Shown here: piece after piece, positions 28,125-38,105 of the stretch | How the letters are laid out: each line of letters opens with the position of its first letter | Numbering within the stretch: the first letter of the stretch is position 1 | Source: Staphylococcus phage vB_Sau_S24 | Sequence record: KY794643.1 | DNA: 64,000 nt | Reading direction: 5' to 3' (one strand) | Position numbers and translations under genes: made by a program | The notes under the pieces: generated by a model | What the model saw: only the letters and a program-made list of their open reading frames with translations | Database searches by the model: none | What the model was told of the DNA's origin: nothing

Positions 28125-30670
28125 TGGTAGTAAGATTCCAATCTTCCATGGGAAGAAGTTTAAAAAGAGTAGATTCAGATGATTTAAATGTAAAAGGGTT
28201 AGTTTTAGCTACAGTTAGTAAAATTAACTATAAGTACCAATCAGTGGAAGTTAAGGTTAATAACTTGACTTTAGGAAGCCGTATAGGTGATGATGGTAGC
28301 TTAGCTGTACCTTATCCTAAATCTTTCATAGGTAGAACGCCTGAAGGAAGTGTATTTGGTACAAAACCACTTATTACTGAGGGTTCTGTAGTATTAATAG
28401 GATTTCTAAATGATGATATAAATAGTCCTATTATTCTAAGTGTGTACGGTGATAATGAACAAAATAAAATGATTAATACTAACCCCCTAGACGGAGGTAA
28501 ATTTGATACGGATAGTGTTTATAAATATAGTAGTGCACTATATGAGATACTTCCATCTTTAAATTATAAGTATGATGATGGTGAAGGAACAAGTATTAAA
28601 ACCTTTAATGGTAAGTCATTCTTCTCTATGACATCAGGAGAAGAAGAAAAACCGCAAGCAACAGATTTTTATACAGGAACAGATTATCAAGATTTATTTA
28701 CTTCTTATTACGGTAATAAGACATTAATTGAGCCTAGGATACAAAAGGCTCCTAACATGTTATTCAAACATCAAGGAGTTTTTTATGATGATGGTACGCC
28801 GGATAATCACATAACTACTCTATTTATATCTGAAAGAGGAGACATTAGAGCTTCAGTTTTAAATACAGAAACACAGAAGAGAACAACACAAGAAATGTCA
28901 AGTGATGGGTCTTATAGAGTTATTAAACAAGATGATGACCTAATGTTAGATGAAGCTCAAGTTTGGATTGAGTATGGTATTAGTGAAGATAATAAATTCT
29001 ATATTAAAAATGATAAGCATAAATTTGAATTCACTGATGAAGGTATCTATATAGATGATAAGCCTATGTTAGAAAACTTAGATGAAAGTATAACAGAAGC
29101 TATGAAAAACTTAGAAGAGATACAAAAAGAACTTAATGATATAAACTATCTTCTTGAAGGCGTAGGTAAAGATAACTTAGAGGAACTAATTGAATCTACT
29201 AAAGAATCTATTGAAGCATCAACTAAAGCTACATCAGATGTCAATAGACTTACAGCTCAAATATCAGAAGTTAGTGGAAGAACAGAAGGTATTATAACTC
29301 AATTCCAAGAATTTAGAGATACAACATTTAAAGATTTTTATGATGATGTTTCCCCTGTTATTAATGAAGTAAATCAGAATTTCCCTAGCATGAAAACAGA
29401 TGTTAATAACTTAAAAACTAAAGTTAATAACCTAGAGAAAACTGAAATACCAAATATAAAAACTAGGATAACAGAACTAGAGAATAATAATAATAATGCA
29501 GATAAAATAATTTCAGATAGAGGAGAGCATATTGGGGCTATGATACAGTTAGAACAGAATTATGTATTACCCTCTAACAAATATGTATCTATACCCTGGA
29601 GTAAAGTTACGTATAATAATGCAGAGTTTTGGGATTCTAATAATCCTACTAGATTAGTAGTACCTAAAGGAATAACAAAAGTAAGAGTTGCAGGTAATGT
29701 ACTGTGGGATTCTAATGCTACAGGACAGCGTATGCTTAGGATATTAAAGAATGGTACCTATAGCTTAGGATTACCTTATACAAGGGATGTAGCTATCTCT
29801 ACTGCACCTCAGAATGGTACTAGTGGAGTTATTCCTGTTAAAGAGGGAGATTACTTTGAGTTCGAAGCTTTTCAGGATTCAGGAGAAGATAGACAGTTTA
29901 GAGCAGACCCTTATACATGGTTTAGTATTGAAGCTATAGAACTTGAAACTGAAACTATGGAGAAAGACTTTATGCTTATAGGTCATAGAGGGGCAACTGG
30001 ATATACAGATGAACATACAATAAAAGGATATCAAATGGCTTTAGATAAAGGTGCAGATTATATAGAAATGGATTTACAATTAACTAAAGATAATAAGTTA
30101 TTGTGTATGCATGACTCTACTATTGATAGAACAACAACAGGAACAGGTAAAGTAGCAGATATGACCCTATCTTATATACAAACTAATTTTACTTCTCTTA
30201 ACGGTGAGCCGATACCATCTTTAGATGATGTTTTAAATCATTTTGGTACAGAAGTTAAATACTATATAGAAACTAAACGTCCGTTTGATGTTAATATGGA
30301 TAAAGAATTACTAACCCAACTAAAAGCAAAAGGACTAATAGGAATAGGTTCAGAGAGATTCCAAGTGATTATACAATCATTTGCTAGAGAATCATTAATT
30401 AATATTCATAATCAATTCTCTAATATACCTCTAGCTTACTTAACAAGTACATTCTCTGAAAGTCAAATGGATGATTGTTTAAGTTATGGTTCCTACGCTA
30501 TTGCTCCTAAATATACAACGATAACTAAAGAGTTAGTAGACTTAGCACATAGTAAAGGACTTAAAGTACATGCTTGGACGGTAAACACAAAAGAAGAAAT
30601 GCAAAGCTTAATACAAATGGGTGTAGATGGTTTCTTTACAAACTACTTGGATGAATATAAAAAGATTTAA
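28124..30670 (+). CDS. baseplate/tail protein with a C-terminal glycerophosphodiester phosphodiesterase (GDPD) domain
   Basis: 848-aa ORF. The C-terminus has IGHRGATGYTDEHTIKGYQMALDKGADYIEMDLQLTKDNKLLCMHD, a GDPD signature. Confidence 0.75.
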   Translation: MVVRFQSSMGRSLKRVDSDDLNVKGLVLATVSKINYKYQSVEVKVNNLTLGSRIGDDGSLAVPYPKSFIGRTPEGSVFGTKPLITEGSVVLIGFLNDDINSPIILSVYGDNEQNKMINTNPLDGGKFDTDSVYKYSSALYEILPSLNYKYDDGEGTSIKTFNGKSFFSMTSGEEEKPQATDFYTGTDYQDLFTSYYGNKTLIEPRIQKAPNMLFKHQGVFYDDGTPDNHITTLFISERGDIRASVLNTETQKRTTQEMSSDGSYRVIKQDDDLMLDEAQVWIEYGISEDNKFYIKNDKHKFEFTDEGIYIDDKPMLENLDESITEAMKNLEEIQKELNDINYLLEGVGKDNLEELIESTKESIEASTKATSDVNRLTAQISEVSGRTEGIITQFQEFRDTTFKDFYDDVSPVINEVNQNFPSMKTDVNNLKTKVNNLEKTEIPNIKTRITELENNNNNADKIISDRGEHIGAMIQLEQNYVLPSNKYVSIPWSKVTYNNAEFWDSNNPTRLVVPKGITKVRVAGNVLWDSNATGQRMLRILKNGTYSLGLPYTRDVAISTAPQNGTSGVIPVKEGDYFEFEAFQDSGEDRQFRADPYTWFSIEAIELETETMEKDFMLIGHRGATGYTDEHTIKGYQMALDKGADYIEMDLQLTKDNKLLCMHDSTIDRTTTGTGKVADMTLSYIQTNFTSLNGEPIPSLDDVLNHFGTEVKYYIETKRPFDVNMDKELLTQLKAKGLIGIGSERFQVIIQSFARESLINIHNQFSNIPLAYLTSTFSESQMDDCLSYGSYAIAPKYTTITKELVDLAHSKGLKVHAWTVNTKEEMQSLIQMGVDGFFTNYLDEYKKI

Positions 30671-30674
30671 TATT

Positions 30675-30703
30675 AAAGACCTATTAATTTAGGTCTTTTT
30701 TTA
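30675..30703 (+). terminator. intrinsic terminator after the GDPD gene
   Basis: AAAGACCT / AGGTCTTT stem with an 8-nt loop, followed by TTTTTT. Confidence 0.6.
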
Positions 30704-30704
30704 G

Positions 30705-30733
30705 TTGTAATTTAAACTAGTTCGTGATATATT
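30705..30733 (+). promoter_or_regulatory. candidate promoter
   Basis: TTGTAA, 17-nt spacer, then TGaTATATT. Confidence 0.45.
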
Positions 30734-30776
30734 AGTAGTATGAGATTTATATACATACTGAAAAGGAGAGGATAAA

Positions 30777-31568
30777 ATGCCACAATCAGACGGAATAAGT
30801 AACCTTCATAGAATAGCTTTACGTTTCCCTAAAGAGGGCGGTGGTTATGACATGTATAGATTTAAAGTTAACCCTGAGAATTATACAATAGATTCACCAC
30901 AACGTACAACAGCAATTAAAACAAAATCAGATATTGTAATAGAAGATTATGGTAAAGACATAGAAGTTATTAGCTTCTCAGGTACTACTGGATTTAGACC
31001 AGTTAGGGAAGCAAACGGATTAAAAACAGGTAAGCAGAAAATGGAAGAGTTACAAAGTAGAGTTAAAGAATATGCTATGCAAGGTGGTAGCGGTAATGTA
31101 AACGGTTCTTACTTACAATTTTTTAACTTTACAGATGATAGCTATTACAAAGTTCATTTAGCTCCTCAAGGGTTAAAGGTAACTAGGTCTAAAGATGAAC
31201 CATTGCTTTTTAGATATGAAATAACATTAGTAGTTATTGGTTCATTGACAGAAGCAGATAGAAGTGCTGTAACAACAGAAGAGTTTGGTAATGTCAAATC
31301 TAATGCTTCACAAAGGGTAGATGAAGGTCTAAAAGAATTAGATAAAAATGCCCGTAAAACGAGAGATAGAAATAATCAAGAAATATCTAGAAGAGAGAAT
31401 ACAATACCTAAGTCTACAGGAGATAACACTAATGAAGGTAATAGATTAAAACAGAGCTTTCCTAGTAGCTCTATATATAATCCTAGACAATCTACTAATG
31501 GATTAAAAGGTAATATTGACAATATGGCTCTAACCATTGGATATGGAGACGGGGGTGTATCTAGCTAA
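30777..31568 (+). CDS. hypothetical baseplate-module protein
   Basis: 263-aa ORF with the RBS aaaggagagg. Confidence 0.5.
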   Translation: MPQSDGISNLHRIALRFPKEGGGYDMYRFKVNPENYTIDSPQRTTAIKTKSDIVIEDYGKDIEVISFSGTTGFRPVREANGLKTGKQKMEELQSRVKEYAMQGGSGNVNGSYLQFFNFTDDSYYKVHLAPQGLKVTRSKDEPLLFRYEITLVVIGSLTEADRSAVTTEEFGNVKSNASQRVDEGLKELDKNARKTRDRNNQEISRRENTIPKSTGDNTNEGNRLKQSFPSSSIYNPRQSTNGLKGNIDNMALTIGYGDGGVSS

Positions 31569-32092
31569 TGAATAATTTTATACCACAACCTCAAGGGTTA
31601 CTTAGATTTTTAAACGCCTTAGATACAGATTTAACTTCTTCTCACATGAATTTACTTGATGAAGAGGTATCATTTGTATCTGAATTTTATACACCACAAT
31701 TACAATTAAGTGAATTAGCAAAAAAAGTATTGACAAATCTAAAGACAGATGATATACCTGTATTAGAAAGAGAATTTAATGATAATACAATTATTCATAA
31801 AGCTAACAATACATTACTAAAAGTGCAAGCCCCTAGAATGTATATGATTCTGCAATCTATTGTACTTGAAGCATATGCTATTGTTAATTGCTTCGTGGAA
31901 AACCCAAGTTCTTTAAAATATTTAACTGAAGAAGATATTAGTATAACACGAGAAAATTTAAATTACGTAGCAGATTACTTAGGTAACTATGATGACTACA
32001 ATAGTGTTGTCTTAGACTTAAGAGACTTAGACTTATGTTTTAGTGCTATAGAGTTACAATTACCTCTAATTAAAAAGGAGGCTAACGTATAA
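31568..32092 (+). CDS. hypothetical baseplate-module protein
   Basis: 174-aa ORF whose ATG overlaps the upstream TAA. Confidence 0.5.
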   Translation: MNNFIPQPQGLLRFLNALDTDLTSSHMNLLDEEVSFVSEFYTPQLQLSELAKKVLTNLKTDDIPVLEREFNDNTIIHKANNTLLKVQAPRMYMILQSIVLEAYAIVNCFVENPSSLKYLTEEDISITRENLNYVADYLGNYDDYNSVVLDLRDLDLCFSAIELQLPLIKKEANV

Positions 32093-32796
32093 TGAGATTT
32101 AAGAAACATGTAGTCCAGTATGAAGAAACAATGCAAGCAATAGCACAAAGATACTACGGGGATGTTAGTTATTGGATAGACTTAGTAGAACATAATAACT
32201 TAAAGTACCCTTATATAGTAGAAACTGATGAAGAGAAAATGCAAGACCCGGAAAGGTTAGCTTCTACAGGGGATACAATTATTATACCTATAGAATCTGA
32301 TTTAACAGATGTATCCGCAAAGGAGATTAATTCTAGAGACAAAGATGTATTAGTTGAATTAGCTTTAGGAAGAGATTTAAATATTACTGCAGATGAAAAG
32401 TATTTTAATGAACATGGTACTAGTGATAATATACTAGCATTTAGTACAAATGGTAATGGGGATTTAGATACTGTAAAAGGTATAGACAACATGAAGCAAC
32501 AATTACAGGCACGTTTATTAACCCCTAGAGGTTCTTTAATGTTACACCCTAACTATGGCTCGGATTTGCATAATTTATTTGGTCTTAACATACCTGAACA
32601 AGCTACATTAATAGAAATGGAAGTACTGAGAACATTAACATCAGATAATAGGGTAAAATCAGCTAACTTAGTTGATTGGAAAATACAAGGTAATGTTTAT
32701 TCAGGACAATTTTCAGTAGAGATAAAATCTGTTGAAGAATCAATAAATTTTGTTTTAGGGCAAGATGAGGAAGGAATTTTTGCTTTATTTGAATAG
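32092..32796 (+). CDS. baseplate wedge protein (gp25/gpW-like)
   Basis: 234-aa ORF. The segment RLLTPRGSLMLHPNYGSDLHNLFG resembles the GPW/gp25 family signature. A J-like gene follows. Confidence 0.5.
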   Translation: MRFKKHVVQYEETMQAIAQRYYGDVSYWIDLVEHNNLKYPYIVETDEEKMQDPERLASTGDTIIIPIESDLTDVSAKEINSRDKDVLVELALGRDLNITADEKYFNEHGTSDNILAFSTNGNGDLDTVKGIDNMKQQLQARLLTPRGSLMLHPNYGSDLHNLFGLNIPEQATLIEMEVLRTLTSDNRVKSANLVDWKIQGNVYSGQFSVEIKSVEESINFVLGQDEEGIFALFE

Positions 32797-32810
32797 GAAA
32801 GGATTAAATT

Positions 32811-33857
32811 ATGAAAACTAGAAAATTAACTAACATATTATCAAAATTAATAGATAAGACAATGGCAGGTACAAGTAAGATAACCGACTTTACCCCTGGT
32901 TCAGCATCTCGTTCATTATTAGAAGCTGTATCCTTAGAGATAGAGCAATTTTATATCTTGACAAAAGAAAATATTGATTGGGGTATACAAGAGGGTATTA
33001 TTGAAGCTTTTGATTTCCAAAAGAGACAATCGAAAAGAGCTTATGGTAATGTTACCATTCAATTCTATCAACCCTTAGATATGAGAATGTATATACCTTC
33101 AGGAACAACTTTTACTTCAACACGACAAGAATATTCTCAGCAATTTGAAACATTAGTTGATTATTATGCAGAGCCTGACTCTACTGAGATTGTTGTTGAA
33201 GTTTATTGTAAAGAGACAGGAGTTGCAGGTAATGTTCCTGAAGGTACAATCAATACTATCGCATCAGGTTCTAGTTTGATTAGAAGTGTTAAGAATGAAT
33301 ATTCTTTTAATACAGGAACTAAAGAAGAAAGTCAAGAAGACTTTAAGCGTAGATTCCACTCTTTTGTAGAATCTAGAGGTAGAGCAACTAATAAATCCGT
33401 GAGATATGGGGCATTACAAATACCTGATGTAGAAGGTGTTTATGTTTATGAAGAAACAGGACATATAACAGTGTTTGCTCATGATAGAAATGGTAATTTA
33501 TCAGATACTTTAAGAGAAAGTATAATTAGTGCTTTACAAGACTATAAACCAAGTGGTATAATGTTAGATGTTACAGGTGTAGAAAAAGAAGAAGTTAATG
33601 TTTCTGCAACAGTAACGATATCTAATAAATCTAGAATTGGTGATACTTTACAAAAACATATTGAAGGTGTTATTAGAAGCTATTTAAATAATTTAAATAC
33701 TTCGGATGACCTGATAGTTACAGACCTTATTCAAGCTATAATGAATATTGATGATGTATTAATATATGATGTTTCATTTGATAACATAGATGAGAACATT
33801 ACGGTACCACCACAAGGAATTATTAGAGCAGGAGAAATAAAAGTAGAACTAAAGTAA
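32811..33857 (+). CDS. baseplate J-like protein
   Basis: 348-aa ORF directly after the W-like gene. Size and synteny match the gp6/J family; I saw no diagnostic motif. Confidence 0.45.
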   Translation: MKTRKLTNILSKLIDKTMAGTSKITDFTPGSASRSLLEAVSLEIEQFYILTKENIDWGIQEGIIEAFDFQKRQSKRAYGNVTIQFYQPLDMRMYIPSGTTFTSTRQEYSQQFETLVDYYAEPDSTEIVVEVYCKETGVAGNVPEGTINTIASGSSLIRSVKNEYSFNTGTKEESQEDFKRRFHSFVESRGRATNKSVRYGALQIPDVEGVYVYEETGHITVFAHDRNGNLSDTLRESIISALQDYKPSGIMLDVTGVEKEEVNVSATVTISNKSRIGDTLQKHIEGVIRSYLNNLNTSDDLIVTDLIQAIMNIDDVLIYDVSFDNIDENITVPPQGIIRAGEIKVELK

Positions 33858-33877
33858 AGAGAGGTGAAACTTAAGTC

Positions 33878-36800
33878 GTGGCTAATTTTTTAAAGAATCT
33901 TCATCCATTATTAAGAAGAGATAGAAATAAAAAAGATAATCAAGACCCTAACTTTGCTCTAATAGAGGCACTCAACGAAGAGATGAATCAAGTAGAGAAA
34001 GATGCTATAGAAAGTAAGCTACAATCTTCCCTAAAGACAGCAACGAGTGAATACTTAGATAAATTTGGAGATTGGTTTGGGGTTTATAGAAAGACCGATG
34101 AAAAAGACGATGTTTACAGAGCAAGAATTATAAAATACTTACTCTTGAAAAGAGGAACTAATAATGCTATAATAGAAGCTATAAAAGATTATTTAGGTAA
34201 AGATGATATTGATGTAAGCGTGTATGAACCTTTTACAAATATTTTCTATACTAACAAATCACATTTAAACGGTGAAGACCACTTAATGGGCTACTATTAT
34301 AGATTTGCTGTTATTAATGTTTCTATAGGTGATTATTTTCCTGTAGAGATTATAGATGTAATCAATGAATTCAAACCTGCAGGTGTAACTTTATATGTCA
34401 CTTATGACGGGGCTTCTACTATTAGAGGTGGAGCAATTATTAAGTGGCTAGACGGACTACCTAAAATTGAAACATATCAAGAGTTTGATAGATTTATAGG
34501 TTATGATGATACATTTTATGGTCATCTTAATATGAATCAAAGTAAAGACAATGATAATAGTTCATCAGACATTTTTAAAACAAATCATAGTTTAATTAAT
34601 AGTTTAGATGTTTTAACAGGTTCCTCTAGTGTAGGTAGACAGTATGTTAACTACGGGTATGTAACATCATATGTTTATAACCCAAATATGACATCCTCTG
34701 TAAATCAAATAAGTTCTAGTACGGAAGGTAGAGGTCAAGAAGTACCTACTGACTACTATATGTATACTAGTACTAAGAATAACAATACAGTAGAACTAAA
34801 TATGCAAACTAGTTCCGGTGTGTCTTACTTATATAATAACTTTAATTTTAGAGATTATATGAGCAAATATAGACCTCAAGTAGATTTACAATCTGACGAA
34901 GCTAGAAGAATTGTATCCGATTATGTAAAAGAATTAAGTATTGATTACTACCTTAGTGCTGTAATACCTCCTGATGATAGTATAGAAATTAAACTACAAG
35001 TTTATGACTTTTCTATTAATAGATGGCTTACAGTATCAATTAATAACTTATCTTTCTATGAAAAAAATATCGGTAGTAATATAGGTTATATAAAAGATTA
35101 CTTAAATAGTGAATTAAATATGTTTACTAGACTAGAGATAAATGCAGGCAGAAAAGGTTCAGTAGATATTAAAGTTAACTACTTAGATTTAATGTTTTAT
35201 TACTATGAACGAGGAATTTACACAATAAAACCTTATAAAGCATTAGTAGAAAATTACGTAGATATATCTAGAGAGACTCAGGTAGAGGCATTTAAAATAT
35301 CTTCTCTTAATAATGGAGATATTATCTCTAAATCAGGTTACCAACCTATAGGATACTTGAGATTAACAGATGGTTATGATAATAGTATTAATAGGAATTT
35401 AATATATAACTCACAAGATATAGATAGACATATGCAATCATACAATAATGCTAATAAAGAAGTTACGAAATCTATTAATGGGTATTATAGGGTTAAATCC
35501 ACAGAAGGCTCTTCTGCTGTTAAATTACTTTATACTTTAAATGATATTATTCCTTATGTAAATGAAACTATATCTCTATCTTTTAAAATAAAAACACATA
35601 AACCTGTAAGATTTTATCTGAATGGTATAGTTATGCCTAGGGATATAAATTACTATTTAGATTCAGGAGAAGAACTATATATTAAAGTACCTGAAACTTA
35701 TTATGCATCGGGCTCTCCACAAATACAGTTTAGACCAAATGGCAGTGAAGACCTTGACTTTGAAATAAAAGATGTTAAAGTGGAGGTAGGTAGTAAGATA
35801 ACACCTTATCAACCTAACCCTGAAGATATTTATGGTGCAAATGACCCAAATCAAAATATAAACTTAGAAGTTAAAGATACAGATTCAAAAATCATAAGTA
35901 GTAAAGATGCTTCCTTGGAATTGAATTATAAGGGTAGAAATTTAATTCAGAGTAAAAAAATTAATAATAACAGTAACCTATCTTTGGGTAATTATGTGGT
36001 AGGAGATACTGAGCAACTAGATGTTCAAGGTTGGGCTGTAGGTTTATACTCTCAACAAAATACAACAGATGTTATTAAAAAAGGTGAAACATATACAATT
36101 AGTTATGATTGGGAGATGCTAGAAGAACCAACTACCACTAAACTAAATACACAAAACCCTAGAATAATTGTGTACCAAAGAGCTAATAGTGATACTGGTG
36201 TAAAAGCAAAAACATTAGCTAATACATCAGCTAGTAGTGATTATGCTTATAAACATATCCCTGTTGGAACTAAAGAGCATACTAAACTTACTTTCACTAC
36301 ACCTGTTGATATGGATAATGCAGAGATACTAGTTTATACAGGTATATTCACTCCATCAGGAGAAGTAGAGACAATAACTACAAGACAATTTTCTAAAGTT
36401 AGATTTTCTAATATTAAAATAGAAAAAGGCTCAACAGCAACACCGTATACAAGAGCTCCTGAAGATAACGTTCAATTTCTAGATAAAATAATAACATTAG
36501 GTAACATCAATACTAAGGTTCAGTCTATTGGAATTACAAATGACTTTATTATACCACCATCTTCTTTACAATATTCCTATTATGGTAATGATTGGGTTAC
36601 TTTAAAAGATATTGGAGAACTACCTCAAGGGGAAACAGTAACTACAAATAATTTAATAGACTTGTATGGATTACAAACAGTAGATTATTCTAATATAAAT
36701 CCAATGTCAAAGGTATCATTACGTTCTATTTGGAATGTTAAATTAGGTGAACTTAATAATATAGAGGGTTCTTTATCTAACATGTCTAATGATTATTTTA

Positions 36801-37453
36801 ATGCTGTATGGCAAGATATAGATAAACTATCAGATATTGATTTAGGTTCTATGAGAATAGTTAAAGATACTGAAGGTGGGGTATTTGACGGGGCTACAGG
36901 TGAAATTATTAAAGCTACTTTATTTGACGTTGGTGCTTACACTGATTTAGATATGCTAGCCTATACTTTAGCTAACTATACTGAACCATTGACTTTAGGT
37001 TCTAGTAGATTAATAAGTGAGCTAAAAGAAGAGTTACTGACAACGGAATCACTTAACATAGATAATAGAGTTAAAGTAATTGACTCAATATCTGAGCAAT
37101 TACCTAACACAAGTATTATTAAAAATGGATTTACAGAAAGAGATATAGCAGGTTCTCAATACCTAGACTATGAATTATATGAACCTATGGAATCAGGCAC
37201 TAAATATAAACTTATTGTCGAAGGGGAATTTAAAGATAATATAGAATTTATATCTTTATACAATTCTAATCCTAATTTTAATGAAACATTTATATACTCG
37301 TCAGAGATAATTAATGGAGTCGGTGAAAAAGAATTTATTGCAAAATCTTCTACTGAAGACAAACCAAGATTGAATACGGATGTTAGGATATATATAAGAC
37401 CTTATGATTCAACTACTTCTAAAGTAAGAAGAATAGAATTAAGGAAAGTTTAA
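33878..37453 (+). CDS. large baseplate/tail fibre structural protein
   Basis: 1191-aa ORF with a GTG start after the RBS agagaggtgaaac. Composition is rich in beta-type residues (N/S/T/Y). Confidence 0.6.
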   Translation: MANFLKNLHPLLRRDRNKKDNQDPNFALIEALNEEMNQVEKDAIESKLQSSLKTATSEYLDKFGDWFGVYRKTDEKDDVYRARIIKYLLLKRGTNNAIIEAIKDYLGKDDIDVSVYEPFTNIFYTNKSHLNGEDHLMGYYYRFAVINVSIGDYFPVEIIDVINEFKPAGVTLYVTYDGASTIRGGAIIKWLDGLPKIETYQEFDRFIGYDDTFYGHLNMNQSKDNDNSSSDIFKTNHSLINSLDVLTGSSSVGRQYVNYGYVTSYVYNPNMTSSVNQISSSTEGRGQEVPTDYYMYTSTKNNNTVELNMQTSSGVSYLYNNFNFRDYMSKYRPQVDLQSDEARRIVSDYVKELSIDYYLSAVIPPDDSIEIKLQVYDFSINRWLTVSINNLSFYEKNIGSNIGYIKDYLNSELNMFTRLEINAGRKGSVDIKVNYLDLMFYYYERGIYTIKPYKALVENYVDISRETQVEAFKISSLNNGDIISKSGYQPIGYLRLTDGYDNSINRNLIYNSQDIDRHMQSYNNANKEVTKSINGYYRVKSTEGSSAVKLLYTLNDIIPYVNETISLSFKIKTHKPVRFYLNGIVMPRDINYYLDSGEELYIKVPETYYASGSPQIQFRPNGSEDLDFEIKDVKVEVGSKITPYQPNPEDIYGANDPNQNINLEVKDTDSKIISSKDASLELNYKGRNLIQSKKINNNSNLSLGNYVVGDTEQLDVQGWAVGLYSQQNTTDVIKKGETYTISYDWEMLEEPTTTKLNTQNPRIIVYQRANSDTGVKAKTLANTSASSDYAYKHIPVGTKEHTKLTFTTPVDMDNAEILVYTGIFTPSGEVETITTRQFSKVRFSNIKIEKGSTATPYTRAPEDNVQFLDKIITLGNINTKVQSIGITNDFIIPPSSLQYSYYGNDWVTLKDIGELPQGETVTTNNLIDLYGLQTVDYSNINPMSKVSLRSIWNVKLGELNNIEGSLSNMSNDYFNAVWQDIDKLSDIDLGSMRIVKDTEGGVFDGATGEIIKATLFDVGAYTDLDMLAYTLANYTEPLTLGSSRLISELKEELLTTESLNIDNRVKVIDSISEQLPNTSIIKNGFTERDIAGSQYLDYELYEPMESGTKYKLIVEGEFKDNIEFISLYNSNPNFNETFIYSSEIINGVGEKEFIAKSSTEDKPRLNTDVRIYIRPYDSTTSKVRRIELRKV

Positions 37454-37461
37454 TAAATAAG

Positions 37462-37490
37462 TTGACAGAAAGTTAATAATATGGTATACT
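37462..37490 (+). promoter_or_regulatory. sigma-A-type promoter
   Basis: TTGACA, 17-nt spacer, then TGgTATACT. Confidence 0.55.
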
Positions 37491-37548
37491 TATAAAGTAA
37501 TATTTAGTGGGTATACCATGTTATATTAATAAAGAAAACAACAGATGA

Positions 37549-38085
<537 letters not shown>

Positions 38086-38105
38086 AGAAAGGGAGATAAT
38101 TCTAA

